Positions 19,310-28,842 of a stretch of DNA of 64,000 bases are shown piece after piece. Under the pieces are notes generated by a model, which was not told the DNA's origin, did no database searches, and saw nothing but the letters and a program-made list of their open reading frames with translations. This DNA is from Limnothrix sp. BL-A-16 (GTDB taxonomy: Bacteria > Cyanobacteriota > Cyanobacteriia > CACIAM-69d): NCBI GenBank assembly GCA_041937175.2, contig CP166615.1, forward strand, positions 160,001-224,000, in the 5' to 3' direction. The number at the start of each line of letters is the position of its first letter. The first letter of the stretch is position 1. Made by a program: the position numbers and the translations under genes.

Positions 19310-19750
19310 ATGAGAACTGAAATCCAAGTCCCAAGCAACTTGAAGTTTCTAACCATTGTTGAGCAGTGGTTACTCGGTTCCCTGGAAATTGAGCTAGGCG
19401 ATCGAGTGGATTGGGCCCGCCAGTCGAACCGTCTACGGTTGGTGTTGGCGGAGGCCTATTCCAATGTGGTGCGCCATGCCCACAAGGATCGCCCCCACTT
19501 GCCGGTGGAAATGTCGGTGGAGGTGCAGGATCGGGAGCTGGCGATCGAGATTTGGGATCGTGGCCAGGGCTTCAGTTTGGATAATTACCTGCCGCCAGTG
19601 CCGGAAGCCAAGCAGGAAAATGGCTATGGCTGGTTGATTTTGAACCGGCTGATGGATCGGGTGGAATATCGGTTGCAGGTGGATGGCAAAAACTGCCTGG
19701 TGCTGTTGGCGACGTTGCCCCCTCGGGAAGAGTCCCAAATGAAAAACTAG
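19310..19750 (+). CDS. Anti-sigma factor / Ser kinase (RsbW-like HATPase_c)
   Basis: EAYSNVVRHA (N box), IWDRGQGF (G1), GYGWLILNRLMD (G2); starts 4 nt after the PP2C stop. Confidence 0.85.
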   Translation: MRTEIQVPSNLKFLTIVEQWLLGSLEIELGDRVDWARQSNRLRLVLAEAYSNVVRHAHKDRPHLPVEMSVEVQDRELAIEIWDRGQGFSLDNYLPPVPEAKQENGYGWLILNRLMDRVEYRLQVDGKNCLVLLATLPPREESQMKN

Positions 19751-19878
19751 GACTAGAGGCTCTAGGGCTACGGGCTAGTGGATCGAACAGTTCGATCGGG
19801 TCGGCTATGGGGGCTAGTCCAGTTCCTGAGCGATTGCCCATGCTCGCCTGCGATCGCCCCAATGGTGGGGCCGATCGC

Positions 19879-20661
19879 CTAAGCCATCACTTCCGCCATC
19901 AGGTCGTCGGTCATTTCAAAGTTGGTGGCGACACTTTGCACGTCGTCTAAGTCCTCGATCGTGTCCATCATTTTGATCAGGGCTTTGGCCTGATCATGAT
20001 CGGTCACGGCGACCGTGTTGGTGGGAAACCAACGGGTTTCCGATTGCCACACCCGAAATCCACGCGCCTTCAGCACCGATTCCAAATTTTCCAAGTTATC
20101 GGGGGCTGTTTTGACTTCAAACCCCACGAGATCAAACCCCTTTTGATCTTGACCAGAAAAGGGATCATAGGATTCCCCTTCCCCCTCGATCGAGGCTTCC
20201 AGCAGCGCATCTTCCTCGATCGCCTCGCCCACGATGGTGACCACGCCCTTGTTTTCAAACATCCAACCCACGCAGCCGGTTTCCCCCAGGTTGCCGCCGT
20301 TTTTGCTGAAGGCCACGCGCAGGTCAGCAGCGGTGCGGTTGCGGTTGTCCGTGAGGGCTTCAATCAGCACGGCCACGCCACCGGGGCCATAGCCCTCATA
20401 GCGAATGGCTTCCAGCTCGGCCCCTTCCCCCGCCAGCCGACCGGCCCCCTTGGCGATCGCCCGATCAATGTTGGCATTGGGCACGCCGGCCGCTTTGGCC
20501 TTGTCGATCGCTGTCCGCAGTTGGAAATTACCGGTAGGATCCGCACCGCTGCGCGCCGCCACGATAATTTCCCGCGACAGCTTGGTAAAGACACTGCCGC
20601 GCACCGCATCCACCCGGGCCTTTTGGCGCTTAATGTTTGCCCATTTACTATGTCCGGCCAT
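19879..20661 (-). CDS. YebC/PmpR family protein
   Basis: MAGHSKWANIK, YEGYGPGG and TDNRNRT motifs. Confidence 0.95.
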   Translation of the reverse strand: MAGHSKWANIKRQKARVDAVRGSVFTKLSREIIVAARSGADPTGNFQLRTAIDKAKAAGVPNANIDRAIAKGAGRLAGEGAELEAIRYEGYGPGGVAVLIEALTDNRNRTAADLRVAFSKNGGNLGETGCVGWMFENKGVVTIVGEAIEEDALLEASIEGEGESYDPFSGQDQKGFDLVGFEVKTAPDNLENLESVLKARGFRVWQSETRWFPTNTVAVTDHDQAKALIKMMDTIEDLDDVQSVATNFEMTDDLMAEVMA

Positions 20662-20862
20662 GGCTCCAACTAAATCGATGAAAGATTGAACGAACCCAGG
20701 ACTCAGATCGGTCTTTGGCGAGACGAATCAAAGTTTGCCTTGATCGCTTTGAAATTTTAAGGGCCGATGCGATCGAACGGGATTAAGTTGCCCAATTTTC
20801 TAAACGCTCTTGTCTAAACGCTGCTCATTATTCCACTAACGCTCACGACGATTAAAAGACCA

Positions 20863-23800
20863 ATGCATAGGATTGCTGCGTTGCCCGGTGGCTGGGAACC
20901 GAATACAGAAGGCGTTATTTTTGTGGAGCAAACCCCGGCTCCGATCATTATTTTGACGGCCAAAGATACGGATATTCAAACGCTATCGATCGCCCGTCGA
21001 TCGCTGCCGGAAAATTTCCCAGCCATCCGCGCCACCAACCTTTTACAACTTCAGCAGCAACTGACGATTGATACCTATGCTGAGGAAGTTTTGTCGCAAG
21101 CGCAGGTGATTGTGTTGCGCTTGTTGGGGGGCCGTGCCTATTGGAGCTATGGGCTAGAGGTGGTGCGAGATTTAGCAGAGCGATCGGACGTTGGGCTGTT
21201 GGTTTTGCCCGGAGACGATCGCCCAGATCCTGATTTGGTTTCCCATTCAACGGCTTCCTTGAGTTTGTGTGACCAGATTTGGCGCTACTTGAATGAAGGA
21301 GGCGTGGAGAATGTTCAAAATGCGCTCTTGAAATTATCAGATACCTATTTTCAAACGCAATATCAGCCTCCCAGTCCTCAGCCGATCGAACGTTGGGGAT
21401 TTTACCAATATCCTCAAAATAACGCCCCTGAAAGTGCCCCAGTTTCTGAACCCATTGGAACCGTTGGGATTTTATTTTATCGAGCCTATTATCAAGCGGG
21501 AAATTTAGTAGCGATCGATCAACTATGCCGTGCCCTGTTGGCGGTGAATTTGCAACCCGTGCCCATCTACGTGGCTTCGTTGCAAGATTTGGATATTCAG
21601 GAAGAGGTGGGTTCCGCTCTGAAATCTCAGGCGATCGACCTGTTATTGGCTTCAACGGGATTTGCAATCACCAAGGCTCAATCGACCCTTGGCCAGGCGC
21701 AACCCCATTCCCTTTGGCAGCGGTTAAATGTGCCTGTTTTGCAAATTATTTTGAGCAGTGGAACCCAGGAGCAATGGCTCGCCAATCAGCAAGGGTTATC
21801 CCCTCGGGATATGGCCATGCAAGTGGCACTGCCGGAGGTGGATGGCCGGGTGGCAACTCGGCTGGTGGCTTGCAAATCGGTGCAACAGCGCGATCGAGAT
21901 TTAGAAACAGAAACGATCGCGCTTGAACCCATGCCTGATCGCTTGGATTTTGTGGCACAACTGGCGGCTAATTGGGTGAAGTTGCGGCGATCGGCTCCCA
22001 GGGATCGCCCGATCGCCATTGTGTTGGCCAACTATCCAAATCGGGATGGGCGCTTGGCCAATGGTGTTGGCTTAGATACGCCCCAAAGTTGTGTTGATTT
22101 TCTGTGGGCTTTGGCGCGATCGGGCTATGACTTGGGTGATTTAGAACAATTGCCAACAACCGGCGATCAACTCATTCAGCAACTGACCCAAGGAACAACC
22201 AATGATCCTGAGGGCTGGATGGGTCGATCCATTCATCAATATTTATCGTTTACGAACTATCAAACTTGGTTTGAAACCTTGCCGATCGAGGTGCAAAGGG
22301 CAATCAATCAACGCTGGGGATCCCTGACTAACCCGAAGCCAGATCATGAGCAATGTTTTCCCAAAACTTTGATTGAAAAAGAACCGGTTATTCCTATTTC
22401 AGGGTTGCAATGGGGCAAGGTTTTTGTGGGCATTCAACCGGCCCGAGGATACGATCGAGACCCCAGCTTGAACTATCACGCGCCAGACTTGGAACCCACC
22501 CATGAATATTTAGCCTTTTATGAATGGTTGCGATCGCAATTTGCTGCTCAAGCAATCATCCACTTTGGGAAGCATGGCAATTTAGAATGGTTGCCCGGAA
22601 AAGGCATTGCTCTCTCAGAGAATTGCTTCCCGGAAATTGCCCTTGGCCCGGTTCCTCATTTCTATCCATTTATTGTGAATGATCCCGGTGAAGGCTCGCA
22701 AGCCAAACGACGGGCCCAAGCGGTGATTTTAGATCACCTAACGCCACCGCTAACCAGAGCCGAGTTATATGGTGATTTGAGTTTGATTGAGGGCCTGATT
22801 GATGAATATTATGAGGCTCAAAGTCTCGATCCCAAGCGAACTCGGGTGATTGTTCCCAAGTTGCTGAAACTCATTGAAGATAACCAGCTCGATCGAGATT
22901 TAAAACTCAAGTTAAGAGTCGCTAACCAATCTCTGGCTCAGGGATCAAACTCAGCTCAGGTTGCTATTGACAATCAATCGGCGGTTGAAGATCTGATCGC
23001 CGCCCTGGATGGCTATCTTTGCGAACTGAAGGAAGCCCAAATTCGGGATGGCTTGCATGTTTTTGGGTGCTGTCCCACGGGCGATCAATTGCGTGATTTG
23101 ACCGTGGCGATCGCCCGTTCTGCCCAAGGGGGCCAAGGGGGGCTGACGCGGGCGATCGCCCAAGATTGGCAACTGAGCTTCGATCCCCTCACGGCCGATT
23201 GGGGCGATCCGTTGCCGGAGGTTGATCGCTGCCCCCACTTAGCCACCTGCCGTACCTTGGGAGACGCGATCGCCGCCTTGGAAACCCAGGCCAGCGAAGC
23301 CGTGGCGGCCCTGATTGCCGATCGGCCCTGGCCGTCCGTGGGATCCCACACGGATCAGGCTTTGGCTTGGGTGCGCGATCGGCTCCTGCCTGCCCTGCGC
23401 CAAACGCCCCAGGAAATCGATCGGCTCTTGCAGGGACTCAATGGCGAATTTGTGCCGCCGGGGCCATCGGGGGCCCCCAGCCGGGGCCGCGCGGACGTGT
23501 TGCCCACCGGCCGCAATTTCTACTCGGTGGATTTGCGATCCCTGCCCACGGAAAGTGCTTGGGAAGTGGGGCGCAAGGCCGCCGACACCCTGATCGAACG
23601 CTATGTTCAGGAAAATGGCGATTATCCAACCACTCTCGGGCTGTCGGTTTGGGGCACTTCCACCATGCGCACCGGAGGCGATGACTTAGCAGAAGCGTTG
23701 GCGCTGTTGGGGGTGCGGCCCCGTTGGGATGGGGCGGCGCGGCGGGTGGTGGGGGTGGAGGTGTTGCCCCTGTCCGCGATCGGGCGGCCCAGGGTGGATG

Positions 23801-24768
23801 TGACCCTGCGAATTTCTGGGTTTTTTCGGGATGCCTTCCCCAACCTGATTGAACTGTTCGATCGGGCGGTTTACCTGGTGGCCGGTTTGGACGAAGCCGC
23901 CGCCGACAACCCGATCGCCCAGCGCGTGCGCCAGGAAACCGCCCAATGGCAAGCCAGCGGCCTGACCCGGGAGCAGGCTAGCACCCGTGCCCATTACCGA
24001 ATTTTTGGTTCCAAGCCCGGAGCCTACGGTGCAGGTCTTCAGGGTCTGATTGAGGCTCAAAACTGGCAAAGCGACCAGGACTTAGCCCGGGCCTATCTGA
24101 ACTGGAGCAGCTATGCCTACAGTTGCGCGGGTCGTTCTGGCCCGGTCAGCGGGGATGCACCCAGCAATGGACTGGCGGCCCCGATCGGGCGATCGGCCCC
24201 GGAAGTCTTTGAGCAGCGATTACGGGAAATGCAAGTGGTTTTGCAGAACCAAGATAACCGTGAACATGACCTTTTAGATTCCGATGATTACTATCAATTT
24301 CAAGGGGGCTTAACGGCCGCCGTGCGCGTCATTTCTGGGCAACAACCCACCGTTTATTTTGGAGACAATTCGCAACCCGATCGCCCCCGTACCCGATCGC
24401 TGACGGAAGAAATTGCCCGAGTCTATCGATCGCGCGTGGTGAACCCCAAATGGATCGCCTCCGCCATGCGCCACGGTTACAAGGGAGCCTTTGAAATGGC
24501 CGCCACCCTCGATTATCTCTTTGCCTACGATGCCACGGCCCGCTGTGTCGAAGACTTCATGTATGACGGCGTGGCAGAGGCCTATCTGCTCGATCGCACT
24601 GTTCAGGACTTTGTGCGCCAGAAAAATCCCTGGGCCCTGCGGGATATGGCAGAGCGTTTGCTAGAAGCCCATCAGCGTGGTTTATGGATCCCTGCTGATC
24701 CCCAACGATTGGATCAACTACAAGCGATCGCCCTAGAAGCGGAAGCCGACCTAGAAGCTCGGTCATAG
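20863..24768 (+). CDS. cobN: Cobaltochelatase subunit CobN
   Basis: 1301 aa; HFGKHGNLEWLPGK, LPTGRNFYSVD, RVDVTLRISGFFRDAFP and HGYKGAFE. Confidence 0.95.
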   Translation: MHRIAALPGGWEPNTEGVIFVEQTPAPIIILTAKDTDIQTLSIARRSLPENFPAIRATNLLQLQQQLTIDTYAEEVLSQAQVIVLRLLGGRAYWSYGLEVVRDLAERSDVGLLVLPGDDRPDPDLVSHSTASLSLCDQIWRYLNEGGVENVQNALLKLSDTYFQTQYQPPSPQPIERWGFYQYPQNNAPESAPVSEPIGTVGILFYRAYYQAGNLVAIDQLCRALLAVNLQPVPIYVASLQDLDIQEEVGSALKSQAIDLLLASTGFAITKAQSTLGQAQPHSLWQRLNVPVLQIILSSGTQEQWLANQQGLSPRDMAMQVALPEVDGRVATRLVACKSVQQRDRDLETETIALEPMPDRLDFVAQLAANWVKLRRSAPRDRPIAIVLANYPNRDGRLANGVGLDTPQSCVDFLWALARSGYDLGDLEQLPTTGDQLIQQLTQGTTNDPEGWMGRSIHQYLSFTNYQTWFETLPIEVQRAINQRWGSLTNPKPDHEQCFPKTLIEKEPVIPISGLQWGKVFVGIQPARGYDRDPSLNYHAPDLEPTHEYLAFYEWLRSQFAAQAIIHFGKHGNLEWLPGKGIALSENCFPEIALGPVPHFYPFIVNDPGEGSQAKRRAQAVILDHLTPPLTRAELYGDLSLIEGLIDEYYEAQSLDPKRTRVIVPKLLKLIEDNQLDRDLKLKLRVANQSLAQGSNSAQVAIDNQSAVEDLIAALDGYLCELKEAQIRDGLHVFGCCPTGDQLRDLTVAIARSAQGGQGGLTRAIAQDWQLSFDPLTADWGDPLPEVDRCPHLATCRTLGDAIAALETQASEAVAALIADRPWPSVGSHTDQALAWVRDRLLPALRQTPQEIDRLLQGLNGEFVPPGPSGAPSRGRADVLPTGRNFYSVDLRSLPTESAWEVGRKAADTLIERYVQENGDYPTTLGLSVWGTSTMRTGGDDLAEALALLGVRPRWDGAARRVVGVEVLPLSAIGRPRVDVTLRISGFFRDAFPNLIELFDRAVYLVAGLDEAAADNPIAQRVRQETAQWQASGLTREQASTRAHYRIFGSKPGAYGAGLQGLIEAQNWQSDQDLARAYLNWSSYAYSCAGRSGPVSGDAPSNGLAAPIGRSAPEVFEQRLREMQVVLQNQDNREHDLLDSDDYYQFQGGLTAAVRVISGQQPTVYFGDNSQPDRPRTRSLTEEIARVYRSRVVNPKWIASAMRHGYKGAFEMAATLDYLFAYDATARCVEDFMYDGVAEAYLLDRTVQDFVRQKNPWALRDMAERLLEAHQRGLWIPADPQRLDQLQAIALEAEADLEARS

Positions 24769-24828
24769 TACGAGGGCGATCGGCTATTTCACGAATTTCC
24801 ATCATTCTTGCTGATCCCTACTGTTTTC

Positions 24829-25087
24829 GAGGATGTCTGAAAATCCAAAATTGCTACTCTGTCCGCTTCAGTGATCGACTTCAGTGATCGACGTAGACAA
24901 GGGGCTTAAGCCCCTTGCCCCCACAACTATTGGTGCTTGGCACGGGACGAAAGATACAGCCTTTACCTCAAACGATTGGTACGTCAGATCGCAGATGATA
25001 CGAAGCTGTTAGTCGGTGGGCATTGCTCACCCTACAGTCTGCTGTACTTATTAAGCGAGGTAAGGGCTGTACTTTCCAAACATCCTC
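24829..25087 (+). mobile_element. MITE family A copy interrupted by a nested element
   Basis: GAGGATGTCTGAAAAT...CTTTCCAAACATCCTC; palindrome at 24897-24917; internal 13-bp tandem duplication CTTCAGTGATCGA; colinear with 4151-4281 apart from the insertion. Confidence 0.8.
24957..25069. mobile_element. MITE family C (113 bp, TA duplication, IS630/Tc1-like) nested in family A and carrying a REP-like hairpin
   Basis: TIRs CAGCCTTTACCTC / GAGGTAAGGGCTG; TA on both sides (24955-24956, 25070-25071); the uninterrupted site GATACTT is seen in the 4151 copy; internal GGTGGGCATTGCTCACCCTAC. Confidence 0.75.
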
Positions 25088-25583
25088 TTAGAAGTTTCTA
25101 ATCGCCATCAATCTTCATGGAAGACCGTGTTTTTTATTGAATCGGACATTCAATGGGGTCAGAAACTCTCGCCAAACTGTATTCTTGTAGAAAATTTTGA
25201 TTTGAATATAGATGTAAATGCTGATTCAAAAATAGCCAATGTAAAAATAAAATGCATCCCATTAATTCAAAAATAAGCAATAACGCAAATAATGAAATTA
25301 TTGGCAAATTTAATCGACTACAAAATAATAGAACCTTCTGCTCATAAAATTATCAACAAATATGGCGACTTCTAGACATTGAATTGAGAATCAGAGACAC
25401 TAGAGATGGTTTCTAATTCAGCATGAAACTTAACAAGCACTTAACTATTTTTTGGTATGACTAAATTCGGTGATTGCTGATCATTCTGGGGCGGCCCCTA
25501 CTTTGATTTTCAGCGATCCCTCGTTAACTCTGGCTGACGCGGCCTGCTTTTTTGATCCCAGCCAGCCCTCAAGGAGCCTAGCC

Positions 25584-26105
25584 ATGTACCACAAAATTTT
25601 GATTGCCATTGAAGATCCTTCCGTTGACCATGCTCCTTTTCGCCAGGGGATTGACCTAGCCGAAAAACTAGGTGCATCGGTCATGTTGCTGCATGTGCTG
25701 TTTCCCGGCGAAGGCAATGCCCCCATGCCCCCCGGTGACGATTTATTTTTTGTGCCGGCTTTTCTGCCTGATGATGCTTTGCTGCAGCGCTATCACGAAG
25801 CTTGGCAGTCCTATATTGACGAAAACCTGAAACAGCTCAAAGTTTTGGCCGATGTGGCCGCGGAACGCCAAATTCCTACCGAGTGGTCTCAAAACCACGG
25901 TTCGCCCGGTAAGGTCATTTGTCAGCTTGCCCATACCTGGGAAGCGGATTTGGTGGTGGTGGGGCATCGTCGTCAATCGACGCTGAGTGAGCTATTCATG
26001 GGCAGTGTCAGTAACTATGTGCTGCACCATTGTCCCTGTGCGGTTTTGGTGACCCAGGAGGTGTCGGAGGAAGCAAACCCCAGTGAACCGGTGGCTAATC
26101 CGTAG
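25584..26105 (+). CDS. Universal stress protein (UspA family)
   Basis: MYHKILIAI, ADLVVVGHR and GSVSNYVLHHCPCAVLV; AAGGAG RBS upstream. Confidence 0.9.
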   Translation: MYHKILIAIEDPSVDHAPFRQGIDLAEKLGASVMLLHVLFPGEGNAPMPPGDDLFFVPAFLPDDALLQRYHEAWQSYIDENLKQLKVLADVAAERQIPTEWSQNHGSPGKVICQLAHTWEADLVVVGHRRQSTLSELFMGSVSNYVLHHCPCAVLVTQEVSEEANPSEPVANP

Positions 26106-26665
26106 GCGGTTGCAGCGCCAGAGCAGCACGGAACCAGCGCCCGATCGGAACGTTAGGGTTTAGTTGTCTCAGGGGCTTGAATTTTCGACTCCTGTGATCG
26201 AGCCAATTTTGGGTTGAAGGTTAGGGTGGGATGGCCAAAATCTGAGCCTTGGTGCAAACATGCGCTAGATTTTGGCCGGCTCCCGATAATTTGCACGGAA
26301 CAGCCCGATCGGGAATGGAACTAGGTAGTTAGTGCCCATCCTCGCGGTCTATGCTAGGCTCAACAGGAGGTGTTCTGGGGCCATAAGTTTGCCTCATAGC
26401 ATCGGGCAATTTGCGTTAAGCATTCTCAGCAAACCCTCGATCCGCACGATCAGTCACGATCAGCTCAGTGATCAACTTAGTGATCAACTCAGATCCGCAG
26501 CGATTAGGCTTTTCAACCGATCGCGCAGCTCGATAACCCTGGCTAGAGAATACTCAGTTGCTCGATTGGGTCAGTGCCTCGGTGCTGCACTCACTAAGAG
26601 AATTGCGATCACCTAGCCCGTCCAATCCGGATCTGCTTGCTCCGGTCTTGTTTGATGTAGGCAAT

Positions 26666-27520
26666 ATGGAGATTGCGCTTTCACCCGATTTTCTAGTCCG
26701 TTTCTGGGGCGTGCGAGGCAGCATTCCTGCACCGGGCAAGTCCACCGTGCGGTATGGCGGCAACACGTCCTGCGTGGAGTTGTGTGTGGGCGGGCGGCGC
26801 TTAATCTTTGATGGCGGTACGGGCCTGCGGTCTTTGGCTGAGTCAATGGCTCCTGGCGAAGCCCTGGATGCCTTTCTGTTCTTCACGCATTACCACTGGG
26901 ATCATATTCAGGGTGTGCCGTTTTTTGCGCCCCTGTTCACGCCGGGTAATCGGCTGACGGTGTATGGGTGTCAAACGAATACGGGCGAGCCGCTGAAACA
27001 TCATTTTTGCGATCGAATTCTGAACCCCCATTCCCCCATTCCCGTGGGACAAATCAAGGCGGAGGTCGATTTTTATGACCTAACGGCTGGGGATCAGTTT
27101 GTGGTGGATGGGGATATTGAAATTGAGACGGGGCTGCTCAACCATCCCAACGGAGCCATGGGCTACCGGATTACCTGGAATGGAAAAACGGTGGTCTATG
27201 CCACGGATACGGAGCATTTGCCCGATCGAATGGATGAGCACGTGGTGCAACTGTCTCGTGAGGCAGACGTGCTGATTTACGATGCCATGTACACCGATGA
27301 GGAATACAACAACCCCCGATCGTCCAAGGTGGGTTGGGGTCACTCCACTTGGCAAGAGGGAGTCAAGTTGGCGGAAGTGGCGGGCGTAAAGCATCTGGCG
27401 GTTTTTCACCACGAGCCAAACCACAGTGATGATTTTCTAGATGAAGTGGAACGGCAACTGAAGGAGCGATCGCCCGATTCTTTCCTGGCTCGCGAAGGCA
27501 TGGAATTCAAAATTCCCTAA
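26666..27520 (+). CDS. MBL-fold metallo-hydrolase
   Basis: FWGVRGS, YGGNTSC, THYHWDH, TDTEH, GWGHS and FHHEP motifs. Confidence 0.9.
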   Translation: MEIALSPDFLVRFWGVRGSIPAPGKSTVRYGGNTSCVELCVGGRRLIFDGGTGLRSLAESMAPGEALDAFLFFTHYHWDHIQGVPFFAPLFTPGNRLTVYGCQTNTGEPLKHHFCDRILNPHSPIPVGQIKAEVDFYDLTAGDQFVVDGDIEIETGLLNHPNGAMGYRITWNGKTVVYATDTEHLPDRMDEHVVQLSREADVLIYDAMYTDEEYNNPRSSKVGWGHSTWQEGVKLAEVAGVKHLAVFHHEPNHSDDFLDEVERQLKERSPDSFLAREGMEFKIP

Positions 27521-27575
27521 CTCGAAGCAGACCAAGAATTTCAGAAGTCTCAGAGATCCCAAAAATCCCAATAGC

Positions 27576-27660
27576 AAGGGTGTCTGGAAAGCCAAAGTCG
27601 CTACCTTGTAGGTCTCATCAACCCATGAAGACAAGGGGCTTAAGCCCCTTGCCCCGACGA
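27576..27660 (+). repeat. Degenerate family A MITE left half with palindrome
   Basis: AAGGGTGTCTGGAAAGCCAAAGTCGCTAC...ACAAGGGGCTTAAGCCCCTTG (27631-27651); right TIR not recognisable. Confidence 0.6.
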
Positions 27661-27794
27661 CGGTTGACGATTAGTGCATAGCAATTACCCTAGGTTACTG
27701 GTCATACATCCCACAAGCTATCCGCATCAATGCTGCGTCTGATCAAGCCGGATCAAATCGCACGCGATCTAACTTGGAAATTACAACTGAAACA

Positions 27795-28631
27795 TTAACC
27801 GCCGCTGACCGGTGGAATTAAAACCAGTTCATCCCCATCCCGCAGCAGGGTACTATCGGGCACAAACTGAAAGTTAATGCCGAAGCGGGTCATGTTTCGC
27901 CAATGTTTCAGGTTGGGATGTTTTTGGATCATCAGGTCACAAACTTCACCGGCCGTGATGCCGGCGGGCAATTCCCAAATCAGCTCTGATTTGCCGAAGG
28001 TTTCTTGATAAACGGCAAAGAGTTTGATCGTGATCCGAATTTGGGTGGGGCCGTGGGATTGGGGGTGAATCACCTGGCTTTCGGTGCAGAAGGCTTCAAA
28101 TTGACGATCCCAAGGATCCGTGGGTAGCGCGTCTAATAGGGCAAAGTCAAAACATACGCCGATCGTGTGGGTATTGGAGCGCACCTCCGCCAACAGTCGA
28201 TCGTAGTATCCTCCCCCGTAGCCTAGCCGATAGCCCAGGCGATCGGCCCCAACGCAGGGGGCCAACACTAAATCCGCCGCCGTTGGTTCCATCACAGGCG
28301 CATCGCTAGCGGGTTCCTGAACCCCATAGGCCCCCGGTTCCAGCGGCTCGCCCGGTTGCCAGCGATGCCAAATCAGCAATTCCCCTTGGCAACGGGGCAA
28401 CACCCAGATTTTGTTGCGTCCCAACTCCGTTTGCGCCAAGGGCAAAATATCCGGCTCCAAACGATGGCTCACATAGGCAAAAATCACCTGTGCCGTTTGC
28501 CACTCTGGGAGGGACTGGATCCGATCGCGCAGGGCTGTGCTGAGGTTGTGCCATTTGTTTTGCGGCATAACCTGGCGTTGCAGTAACAGCGCTCTACGTA
28601 GCGGCTTTTTTTCTGGATTGGGACGATACAT
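27795..28631 (-). CDS. 5-formyltetrahydrofolate cyclo-ligase fused to a C-terminal MoaD/ThiS-like sulfur carrier
   Basis: GYRLGYGGGYYDR and EPD motifs (5-FCL), then ITIKLFAVYQE...GDELVLIPPVSGG-stop (MoaD), all in one frame. Confidence 0.85.
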   Translation of the reverse strand: MYRPNPEKKPLRRALLLQRQVMPQNKWHNLSTALRDRIQSLPEWQTAQVIFAYVSHRLEPDILPLAQTELGRNKIWVLPRCQGELLIWHRWQPGEPLEPGAYGVQEPASDAPVMEPTAADLVLAPCVGADRLGYRLGYGGGYYDRLLAEVRSNTHTIGVCFDFALLDALPTDPWDRQFEAFCTESQVIHPQSHGPTQIRITIKLFAVYQETFGKSELIWELPAGITAGEVCDLMIQKHPNLKHWRNMTRFGINFQFVPDSTLLRDGDELVLIPPVSGG

Positions 28632-28842
28632 GGCAGAGCGGACCCAATGCAAGCGCGGGTCTTCGATGGTAACCCAATTACCGGGCCCGAATCATGGGAA
28701 TCCGTGGGCAATTCAGGAAGATTAACGGAGATGGCTAGAAGCCACCGTTGATTACCCCTGGTCAATTTGGAGGGGGTAATCAAGGGCTGGAGTTGGCGGC
28801 CTATCCTGGAAAAAACGAGCGGTAAAGGGTGGCGCGTTGGCC

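Noticed and set aside
20662..20862. Cobalamin riboswitch upstream of cobN
   Set aside because: No B12-box or GGGAA/GCCCCCGC core is visible in this 200-bp divergent spacer
27679..27790. A further nested MITE interrupting the family A remnant
   Set aside because: Only a weak imperfect inverted match (GCAATTACCCTAGGTTA / TAACTTGGAAATTAC), with no clear target duplication
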